A stretch of DNA of 64,000 nucleotides from Schmidtea polychroa (Eukaryota), in the NCBI GenBank assembly GCA_044892525.1, contig CM097885.1:240498001-240562000 (forward strand), read 5' to 3'. The position numbers and the translations under genes are program-made. The first letter of the stretch is position 1. Each line of letters starts with the position of its first letter. This document shows positions 38,001-50,000 of the stretch, piece after piece. Under the pieces are notes generated by a model, which was given only the letters and a program-made list of their open reading frames with translations, made no database searches and was not told where the DNA came from.

Positions 38001-41000
38001 AAGGTCAAACACGTGGTGAAGATACTGCAAATGCTGTTATGGAATGCATGGAGAAATATCATATCACACTGAAGAAAATTATTTCAATTTCAACCGATGG
38101 AGCAAAAATTATTGTTTTTATTTTGAAGGACAGAATAAATCACGAGAAACTTTGTACCATTGCATAATTCATCAAGAAGCGCTTTGTTCAGACATTTTCA
38201 GAATAAATTTCCAATGTTATGGAATTGATCATCAAAATTGTTAATACAATTATAGCTAGAGCTCTTTATCATCGCTAATTTGAAGAATATTTAGATGAAA
38301 TGGGGAGTAAATACGCAGATATTCTGTTCCATAATAAGGTACGTTGGGTCTCAATAGAGAACTTTTAAAACTATTCGCCTTCTTATTATTAGAAATTAAA
38401 CTATTTCTCCTTGAGAAGGGTGTTGAATATCCTGAACTAAAGGACGTTCAGTGGATCCAGAAATTTTATTTCATGGTAGATGTTACGTCTCATCTAAATA
38501 CTTTTAATCGTAAACTACAAGGTAAAAGAAAGATTGAAAAGAAAAATTGACATTTGTTATTAAAAAAAAAATTTAATGTGAGAGAACCTTTTCTACGGAG
38601 GTTTCAGGAATTCAGAAATAGCATAGCGACGTTAGACTTTGTTAATAAACCACGTAGTGCTGTAACAGAATTGAATTTCTCTCTCTTTACTATTGACATT
38701 AGCGCTTTTGAAATGCAATGGGTGGAGTTAAAAAACAAAGAATTACGGAGTTCGAAATTTGAACGTCTTAATGCAGAACTGGAAAAATTAGAGAAAAACA
38801 AATGTTGTGGCAGTTCACAGCAAAAGTGGTCTGCTTTGAAAAACCTTGAGAAGAAAGACATGATAATTGATAGCACCTGGAAGAGTATCTTACGATCATT
38901 TAAAAAAGCTACCATTTGGTATTCTTTCACTCTTTGACTTTACGTATTCATGCGAACAATCATTTTCAAGCATGAACCTCATCAAGAATAACCTAAGAAA
39001 TAAACTTTATTTATCTACCCGAATCAAAAAATTGCTGTTAATGACAATGAGTAAGAGGTTCTGGAATCCTAATTGAAATTAAAAACAACGACATACAAAT
39101 CAGACTTATCAAAACTTCTGATGGTAATTGTCTATTTTGTATCATTAACAGCAATTTTTTGATTCGGGCAGATAAATAAAATTATCTCTCCTACGAATTT
39201 CTATTTTCCTATTTAACAAAATTTAAATTTTAATCGTTATTTTGTAATAAAATATGAACTTTAATCTAGGAGGAACGAGAACTAGATGTGTAGTTACTTA
39301 TTGTTTGTGTCTTATCTATAGCGATTCGTTATTTTTAGATGCTTTTTTTTGTTTCACTTGTTTATTCTAGTTAAATCTTGTAAGTAAATTTTTGCCCATT
39401 TCCACATTAACGATTGACTTGAAACTTTATGCAAATACGTAGTTCCAATTGCAATATAATATTCAAAAATTTAAATGCAGAATTATAAAATATCAAATTC
39501 TAAAATCACCGAGCCTTACATCGCGGTTGTTTTCATCAATGCATGATTCCTTTATGTAATATTTGTTTACATTCTAAGAAAATACTGAAAATATTTGTTA
39601 AATATAAAATACACATCGATGAGTTCAAAATAATAACATATGGCCTACAGACACCAAAGTAAGTCAGTTAATAATTATTTATCATAATCTATTAAGTTCA
39701 AAATAGTCTTCTTTCCCTCCGAAATGCAAATGACATCTTCTATAGATATGGTAGCAAGTTATTTTTTCAATGTTTCAAATTATGCTGTGTTTTTTTCTTT
39801 CAACTCTTATTGATTTCTGAGTTTTTTATTGTAAACTTTGTCTTTGATCAGAAATAAGGTTCACCATCCAAATGATTTCACTAATATTACTTAAACATGC
39901 CAACATAGATAGAACTTTGTTTTCTAGTATCTTAGTTAATTCTAAAAGCACAATTGTGTGTATTCAGACTTCGATCCAGCTTAAGTTCAAAGATCCTAAT
40001 CCTGGAAATCATCGCATTAATTTCTAACTGCTCAATTCATTTTGTCTATATTGCTTATCATAATTGAGTGTTTGTTGCAAGTGAGAATTCAAGTTTCTCC
40101 ATTAAAGTTCTTTTAATATTTCTTAGCAAAGTTGTTATTGGAATTTCCCAGCTTACTTGAAGATATCCATTGCAATCTTTTTGGAGTTTTGCCAACGGTA
40201 TTTTATGCTTTTCTCTCAAAAATAAGTCTTTCTGATAGTTGTGCTTACATTATCGATCTTGTTTTTTGAATTCTTTTTATACGTTGTTTTACAACTCTAT
40301 GGGATATATTCTGGTAATTATTTTCGAAATTTCAGTTTTACTAAATCACTCATTTTGTTCTGGCGATAACTAAATTTGCTCTGAATTTAATCAACTTTGA
40401 TTGCCATAATTCAATCTTAAATAAATTTAAAACAATTAAATTGGAATATTAGCTGTATTTTATCCGAAATTTAAATTTGTCTATAAAATATTGTTATTGT
40501 AAAGGAATTTCTTTGCCATCTTAATTCAAAAAATAGGTCACAAATCTTAATGTTAACCCCTTTATAGTCGATCAAATTTACCACTTGGCATCACCTGCAT
40601 CTCCTTTGATTTATATGAAAAATCCAATAAAAACAATCAAGACCAACACAATGGGAACTGTAAATATGCTGGGCTTAGCGAAACGCAACAAAGCAACATT
40701 GCTTTTGGCGTCAACATCTGAAATTTATGGCGGTAGTTCATTTTCATTCTTATTTTCATCGATGGAGATTTCTTTATAGACCCTAAAGAACATCCTCAAA
40801 AAGAAACCTATTTTGGGAATGTAAATATTTTTGGCCCACGTTCATGTTATGATGAAGGCAAACGATTGGCGGAAAGTCTATGCTATGCTTATCACAAACA
40901 AGTATTAAATTTAATTTTCAATTAATCTTCACCAATTTTTGCGCAAATTTAAAAACATTTATACTCGATTGAATCTGAAAATTTTTAAGATGTCATATTT

Positions 41001-44000
41001 TGTCTTTGTTAGATTTTTAGGTTTAACAGGCCAGTAAAACAAACTAAAACTCTGAAAATACTTCTCAAAAGATTCAAATATTTACTTTAATTTTTCTTTA
41101 TTTTTATAAATCTATTATTTATGGCATAATAATTACTTTTATCATATTCGTGAATAAAATCAGTTTTGTTTAATAAAATTATAAAACAAAAAATAATTAA
41201 AATAATCCCAGAGGAAATAACCAAAAGTCAAATAGAACATTATAGACTAAAAGTCTATTAACCCTACAATGGCGCTGATGCATATATTCAACAACCACTT
41301 TCTTACTTAATATATTTGTATGTCAAGTATCATATAACGATTTAATTGGTTCGTGTATATCTAAATCAACCAATCACACGACTTGTGGCATAGTTGGTAA
41401 AGTCGAGTGCTGTTTTACTCATAAATTTTACAGATGAAGTAAACATTTTGTCAATAAGTGCAACACGTGGTCCGTTTCAGTTTCAAAGCTTAATAAGTTG
41501 TTATTTATAACCAAGGTAGGTAATCAAAAAAATTTAAATTTATGTGTAAATTTATGTGTAAATTTATGTGTAATGTGTGAAATAAAATTGACGAAATTTG
41601 CATATTTATGGCTATCAACGAACAAAGAAGGTGTGATTCATATTCGAATCACTGCGCATTTGTATAACAAAGCGAATTGAATATTGTGATGTAAATATTC
41701 TTGAATTTATACACATTATTTGATCGTGGATGTACTTTTATATGATCACATTTTTTTCATTATTTCAGATGCCCTTTATTTACAAAAATTAATCAGAAAA
41801 AATGAATTTAGAATCTCTGAATGCTGATGAACTATTTGATCTTATTTACAACATACCATGTGTTAGTGAAGATGAATTGGATATTATCGACACAAAAGAT
41901 ATATCTGAAATAGCTCATGTAACACAAGAAATTTTGGATATCCGTTTTCAGTGGACAGTTGTAGAAGAAATGCTTGAACAACCTTCTACATTATCTTCTG
42001 TATCTATTGGAGTTTCTAAGTCAAGAGCATTGCCATGGAAAGAAAGAAGAATAAGAAAAGTGCAATGTACATTTACTGGGACAAGAATATTGCCTGATAA
42101 TATATGATCCTTGCAAACACCTGTCGAGGAGAGCAGAAGGTATAGCATTTCAAAAAATCCAGAAATAATATTTGATTTTTCAAAAACTCTACTTATTAGG
42201 TATTTGGGAATATGTATTATGTCATCAGTTGTATATATTTCTAATGTGAGGATGTATTGGAGTCAAGTAAATTGATATAGCCCGAAATGTTGAGTCAAAA
42301 ATATTTGAAAACAAAACGGTCTAATTTACATTTCAATGATAATTCGGTTATTACAGAAGATAGGAGGAGGAAGGAAAAAATTAACGTGTCTTGTCCAGCT
42401 GTTGTAAAACAGTACAACGAGCACGTTGGAAGAGTTTATTTGCTGGACAGCTATATTGGGAAATGTAGAATAAGAATGATGTCTCGAAAATGGTACATTC
42501 TACTGGACATTTTGATTATAAATGCATGGCTTTTATATAGGAAATGCAACGAACCTTATAGATTTCAGACTTGAATTGGCTTAGGTATTGTGCAATATTG
42601 GATCACACAACACACCAAAATGAGGTAGGCCTTCGGACATACAAAGAGAAATTGAAAAAAAAACAAAAATCAAATGTCACTCCACTTCCTCCGCAACATC
42701 CCGGTCTAAGTGATAAGACAATAGACGATGGTGATTCCCAGTGTTTTACCGCTTTAGTATTAAGCCAGAATGTGGTTAATACTTTATCTTATTAACCCTT
42801 CTCAATATTAAAATTAAAGTAAGACAGTATAAAAATGATTACTAGTACTTCGTTAGTGTAAGTAATTTTGATTAAACTAATACGAATAAATAGGTCATAC
42901 CAAAAACTATTTCCTTGCTCGCATTGTTGTCTATGGCTTAACAATTATAATTTTTAAAAATAGTGGTTCGAATGGTTCTAAGTTCCATTTTAAAATTAAA
43001 TATATTTTCTTATTATAAGAACTTTTTTCCAATGAATTTATTAAAGAGACCTGAAGACTATAAATCAGTAATATATCGATGTTTTTTGATGCTCACGAAT
43101 TTTCACCACTGCCTTTTTCAAGTGAAATTCACTGATTTAATATATCTCTCTTTTTAATATATTTTCTTGCTTTTAAGAATTTTGAAATTATAGATTTCTT
43201 CTACTTATAATTAGTAAGTAGCTTAATGTTAAATTTATTTAAACCTGATTTTGTCAGACAGTTCAAATTTTTAGGTGACAATACGAAGTACTTATATGCT
43301 GATGCTAGCTTTATTTACATTTTGCATAAAATTTTATCGATAATATTAATTCACAAGAAAAGTTTCTAATGTACTAAAATATATAATTATCGAAACTTTA
43401 GAATAATGTAAATTTACTATTGACACCCTGAGAAATAATATTAATGCAATTAATGGAAATTATCCATTATGTACTGAAACTTAAGTGTAATACAAAATTA
43501 AATTGAAAGTTTCAGCAATTTGTTAACGTGTTTGATTTTCCAAATTTTGTATACAAAGAAATTTTTAGGACTTTATTTTTTATCGTTTGTAAAATAACTA
43601 TCATTTGCTGCTATCTGAAAAATTTCTTTACTGAAAACGTTTTTTGATTGTTATACAGATTGCTGGTATTGTAATTGTCATTTTTCGTGATTTGTGAGCA
43701 AATGATGTACAGAGTACATTGTATATTTTACAAATTTGTAGGTTTATACAATTTCTTATTTGATTGATTGTCACAAATTAATATGAATTGCTACGTGTTA
43801 AAATCGAAGACCATAAATTTAAGAGATTTCAATTATTTTAGAAAGGTTTATGGAAGTTTATTTTTTAACTCGGTGATGCCTTATTAAACATAAGAGTATA
43901 AAAAACAGTATCAACTTAATGTTATCCTAGAAATTGGTTTACATATTGAATCTTTAAGTTTCTCTTTTAATAAAATTAATTAGCAATTAATACAGATGTC

Positions 44001-47000
44001 CAGGAGAACGGTGAATTTAAATATATTGATTAGAAGTTGTCTTTTTAATCAATTCTTGCATTTTTTAATAACTAATATTTTTGATTCTTTTAGAAATTAA
44101 TGGAATTTAAAAAAGAAGTTATTTCTCATACTACATGCTAAAATCGAATCTAGGATGTAAGAATACCCCATGTAATTGGTTAGGAACAATATGGGAAGGA
44201 AAACAACACATAGAAGAATGTACGCATAGACTCAATCGCTGTGAACTATGTCAACAAACGATCAAAGTAAGTGAAGAAAAGGAACACCAAAAACTAATGT
44301 GAAGAAAGACAAGAAAAATGCGAATATTGTGGAGAAACAGATACATGGAAAAACCTAACCAACAAACATAATCTACAAGAAGAGAAATTGTGTGCAGAAT
44401 TCACAAGTGAATTTCCGAACAGATGTAATAAAAATGGAATGCTAAAGTTAGCGCAACATCTAAAAGAATGTGAAAAAGAAAAGAATAACATGCATATTGG
44501 AAAAATGGGGATGTCAGAAACAACTGAATAGAGAAGTGTTATCATAACATTTGGCAGAAAACATAACGGCACACACCGAGATGTGGTCGGAAGCAATACG
44601 AGAAAATGAGGATAAAACTAAACAATTAGAGAAAGAAATTACCTCATTAAAAGCACTAATCAGAGAATTACTAGAAGTTAGAGAAGCGTTTGAAGAAGCA
44701 AGGGCAAGTACAAAAGTACAGGCAAAATTAATAGAAGCAAGACACGAAACTATCAAAGAGATGTATGAAAAAGTGAATGAAATAAATTTAACAGAGGTAA
44801 TACCAACAGCACCATACATATGGAAGATACAAGGAGTGAAAGAGAAAATACAGAGAGCAAAAAATGGAAAAGATACAACAATAATGAGTCCAGCATTCTA
44901 TTCATGGAAAAACGGATACAAAATGAAATTGAAAGTATATCCCAACGAAAATGGAATCGGATATGGAACGCATTTCTCAGTATTTTTCCTACTATGTAGG
45001 GGAGAAAATGACGAACTATTAGAATGGCCATTTCAAGCAAAAATCGATATTGGGATGTTAAACGATCAAAGTATACATGAACAATGTTTCAAAGCGTCAG
45101 GAAATCACATATGTTATCAGAGGCCCTTGTAAAGAGAAGGATCAGAGTCCGGAGCGCCTAGCTTCATCTTACAACGGAAATTGGAGGATATGGCAAAAAA
45201 TGATACTATATACATAAAAGTGTCATTAAGGAGAGAAGGAAAAGCAGAAGAGAGTAACAAGAGAGGAGAAAATTTTTTATATAATAAATTTGTAAATATC
45301 GTTGTATATATCCCAATAACGTTGTATATGATAATATTATGGGTCACCCAAGCACCATAATCTAAAAATAAAGTGAAAAAATAATCAATTTAATAGTTAA
45401 ATATCAAACGAAAATAAGGTGTAAATAAAAATTAACCCTATAACCATTCAGAAAAAATTACACAAGAGAAAACCACAACCCCAAATCAGATATCAACAAC
45501 ACCAATCAACGAAGAAACCCGGAAAATGGAATAAAGTAATGCACCAATTAACAAATAGAACCATAGCCTATATAGAGGAGGCAAGAGAATTGGATTTTCA
45601 TCAGTCCCAATGGGTGATCCAAAATTTACGGGCAGAGGCCGAAGCGTGTAAGAGAGCTGCCAAGTGGTCAGCATTAGAAGCTACCCAACAAGAATCCCAT
45701 AGTCACTACTTAAAGCAGTTAGTGAACGAAGCAAGGAAAAGGTCAAAAGACATGAATAAAAAATGAGATAAAGAAAGAGAAAGAGATGGGAGAAAAATCA
45801 ACAATCTTCTAAGAGAGGCCAGAAAATGGAAGCGAGAAAATAAAGAATTACGAAAACGAATAAAGGAACTGCCGCAAAAATTAGGACTAGCCGACGATCA
45901 GGAGAAGTAGGAGGAAAACCTTAATCAGAAAGAGGAGCTAAAAAGACTCAGAAGAATCGCCGCACGTAGTCAAACGTGGCAGAAGAAGGCGATGGAGTTC
46001 GAGAGGCATATGGCAATGAAACTGGCCATTAAAGAGCAAGAAAACCTGGAAATGATCCTACAACAGTCAGGAAGAATAGTAGAACCGGTGAACAAATTAG
46101 CAGAGCTCGAACGAGACAGCAACGGTTATAAAGGAGCACTGGAACAAAGGAACATAGTGCTAGCCGGAAAGAACAAGAAGCTTGAAGACGAAAGAAAATG
46201 TATGCGGAAAATATTAAAAACCTGGAGAAGGAGATAGAAAAATGGAAAAGCGGTGAAAAGACAGAAGGACTAGAAAAACAAATTGAAGTGAGAGATGACG
46301 AAACTAGATATCTAACGTATCTCCTAGATGAAGAATTAAATATATACAGGGTATTAAGGGACGAGGTACATGAGCTGAGACCTCAGTTGCCAAGATACTA
46401 CGTACCACATGACCCTATTGCTATCCATCTAGGATCATCGGTAGAAAGCGACGAAGGTTACGGTGGACAGGAAAAAACATTTGTATAGATAAATTAAAAT
46501 CGAAAAAATCAAAAAATACGGAACTGTATCCCAAACAAAAAAAATTAACAGTATAATTTTAACAATACAGGGACTGTAATCCTATGTATATAAAACATTA
46601 CGTATAAATGTATATGTATAAGTCGCACCGTAGCGCAAATATTAATCTGTAAATATTGTAGAAACGTGAAAATGAAAACGGAAGAAACAAGTAAAACGTC
46701 AACAACCGAAGTAGAAGGGGAAATCGAAATAGAAATAGTAGAAAGGAAGAAAACAATAAAAGAGGAGTTACAAGAGGAAAAACAACAAAATGAAAGGTTA
46801 ACAAATAAATGGAGAGAAAATCGGAAGATGGTAAAAGTGCTGAAAAAGGAATATGAATTGCTAGAAGAGGTAAAGAAAGAAGTGGAGGAAGAAAATGAAT
46901 GGTTACAAGAACAACGAAAGCGACGGAGAAACTGGGAAAAGATCGCGGAGGAATTATGGCAAGAAAGAGCCAGCCATAAGGCAGAAGAAGTCATCGAGGA

Positions 47001-50000
47001 CTATTGGAAAACAGAGGCAGAGAAACGTCAAGAAATAATAAAAGAACTAAACGAACAACTAAGAAAGAAGCAACAAGAAATTAAAGAGATGGAAAAATGG
47101 AGCCGCAGATACCAGGAAATAGAGACAAAATATCAACAACAAAAACAAGGAAACAACAATCGAGAACAAGAAAATGATTTCCTACAAATTGAATACGAAC
47201 GAAGTCTAGAAAGGAAGAGAGAAGAAATCAGACTACTGAAGAAAGAAATAGGACAGTTAAGACTCGAAGCCCACGAAAAAGACAGACAATTAGAACTGCT
47301 ACCCGAGTTAAGACCCAGGTTCATAAAAGCAGAAACAAAAATAATGAGGTTGTCTGAGAAAGCCCATAAAAGAAAACCCTATGATAACTAATGATAGCGA
47401 AAAGTGATGTAAATAATTACAAACAAAATATATAAAGATTGGCTATATTAGTATTATGCGGAGTAGAATAATAGTAACGATAATGATAATAACTGTCAAT
47501 CTGGTGGGATTACAACAAGCACCCTCGCAATTAGAAAGTATTCAAGATCATCGAAAATCCGATCGCAATTCCAACCAAGAAGTACATCATAATACGAACC
47601 CAAATGCTATAAAAATGGAAATCATCGAATCAATTCGCATTTATATCAACAATCTACGGTTGATATGCAACCCCAATCCTACAGGCAAAATGATGAACAA
47701 AAGAATACTAAGTCAAATTCATCAACTGGAGCAGCTGGAACAAGAAATCAAACAGCAAACATTCACGAACCCAGCTGGAAAAACAGAAAACCCAGCCGAA
47801 ATAAAAGATACCCAGAACCTCCTATACGTGGTAATCGCAGAAACCACATTAAATACCATAATCATCTTCGTAAAATTATATGAAACCCTCAAAATCTGGA
47901 AAATTAACAACCCAGTAAGAACAAGACAGCAAATAAACCCCCAAGAAGCCGCCATGGAAAATAACACCCCGACAAGTTTTCAACCAAGAACACCCGTAGC
48001 CGAATCTAACCAACTATTACAACACCAGATCCCAAGATTAAGATTGACATTTATCAAACTATCGTCATATCGAAACTATTTATCGATTGTGTATCTGAAC
48101 TATTGGTGCAATTTGTATATAAACCTGGTCACCTTAAGTGACCACTGCTTGCGTAAAGTTTGACATTTATCTTTTTAATAATTTTTTTTGATTCGTTTTA
48201 TTAAGTAATTTTATTATGTTATGTATGTGAAATGCGGGGCGCAATTTTAACGGGCCCCGGAGTGATTTGTTGGGCTGAATTTGACTGTGGTATTAGACTG
48301 AATTGGATGTGGGAAAAAGTCAAAAATAAAAATGAATAAGTAAAAATTCAATATTAAATAAACTAAGTAAGAAATAAACCCTAGAATAAAGAGAGTCGAA
48401 GGTATTACTAAGAAAAATTTAAACAAATAATAGAATAAAAATAAATCAGTTAAAAATAAAAATCACAAGAAACGGAAACAAGTATAAAGAAACAAGATAC
48501 CAACCATGGCCAACAGACAAAAAGATAAAAAATAATTAAATAAAAATAACAATTAAGAGAATAAAATCTTAATACGAAAAACATAAAGTAAGGGCATAAA
48601 ATATTAACTAAAAGCGAAAGAAAATTAGAAATAGGCAATTACACACAAAATTATTAACGAAAATTCACAAAAATTACACAGAAATATAGGAAATCAATAA
48701 ATTAACAAAATAAAACAAATAAATAACCCAAGAAAAACATTTAAATTATAAGAAATAAGGAAAAATAACCAAAATACAACATAACTCAGTCCTGATTGGA
48801 CAAAATATACTATATAAGGTAAAGTCATTCGCCTAACCTCTTAAAAATCCTTACTCAGAATCTAATATTTGCGAAATCCATTACAGGACTATACAAACTC
48901 ATTACGGGACTATTAGACATCGACTTCACGAAGAATTATTTGAACAATAACCGTTTAAAGAGCATTGACGAATATTAATCGACTAATTTCTACATCAAAT
49001 TCAGTCTATCAGTTTGAAAAAAATCAATTGAAAAGAACAAGTAAATGCTTGATAATTTTTTGGTATTCATAATTGATTGTTATGGTATTATAACTTTTCA
49101 TGAGATAAAATATTATATTTAACAGCATTTTATGACTTTTCTCTTCACGGGACTTGGGACGATGCCGTTTGGGAACTCTGAGTATGATGGTCATGAACCG
49201 AAAGTGCGAGAACAATGAATCAACAACGATGCAATTTTCTGAGGATATGCGATTTGTTTTCAGGTCAAGATGATAATTTTAGCATGAAATTAAATGTATG
49301 AAAACTATGATGGAGGGCGATTGAATCAGACGTATATTGAATACCTTTAAAGAATGAATCTTAAGGATAAGATCGGATACGACACATCATACTCAGAGCC
49401 AAAGGACATGGTCGCTAGGTAGATTAGATACATTTATAATTTTTATTAAAAACCAATGATTTCATTTATAAAGTTTTATTCATATACATTTTGATATTTG
49501 CATTCTATTTATTATTATGGGTATGGTAGATCCGTCTTTCGTGGTGGTCTGGAGACGGTCGGTAGCAATACCGGTGGTCCCCAGGTAAGCCATGGTAAGT
49601 GGAGAAACCAATGAAGTGAATATATAAAAGTTAGCGTAATTCCATGAAATAAGTGTCTTCATCGAGGAGCAGCCAAATGAAAATAAGTCCATTTCAGTAG
49701 TTTTGTGAGGATTACCAGTTGTCTCGAAAATTTCGAACGTTCTAGCAGACGAAGAAACGCATGATCTTCAGAGAGAAATTTAATCTTCCAAAATGTCAGT
49801 CGTAATAGTATACGGAGAAACGTCCGACCCAATCATTAATAGAGAATTTGCATCTTTAGATCTTCTATCGTTGGACGACCAACTTCGCCTGAACTCTCGC
49901 AATTATTTCCAACATCCAGTTAATCGTCGTTGTCAACGCCAGCAACAAGAGAAATACTCTCACATGAAGTTGTAGATCCAATTTTGGCATGTAGATTCGG

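Noticed and set aside
39230-40430. Decayed transposase-like text on the minus strand
   Set aside because: Too degraded to assign a superfamily.
44294-47967. Minus-strand ORFs rich in S/F/L (e.g. 44514-44819, 46545-46994, 47133-47324)
   Set aside because: These are antisense shadows of A-rich plus-strand coding sequence.
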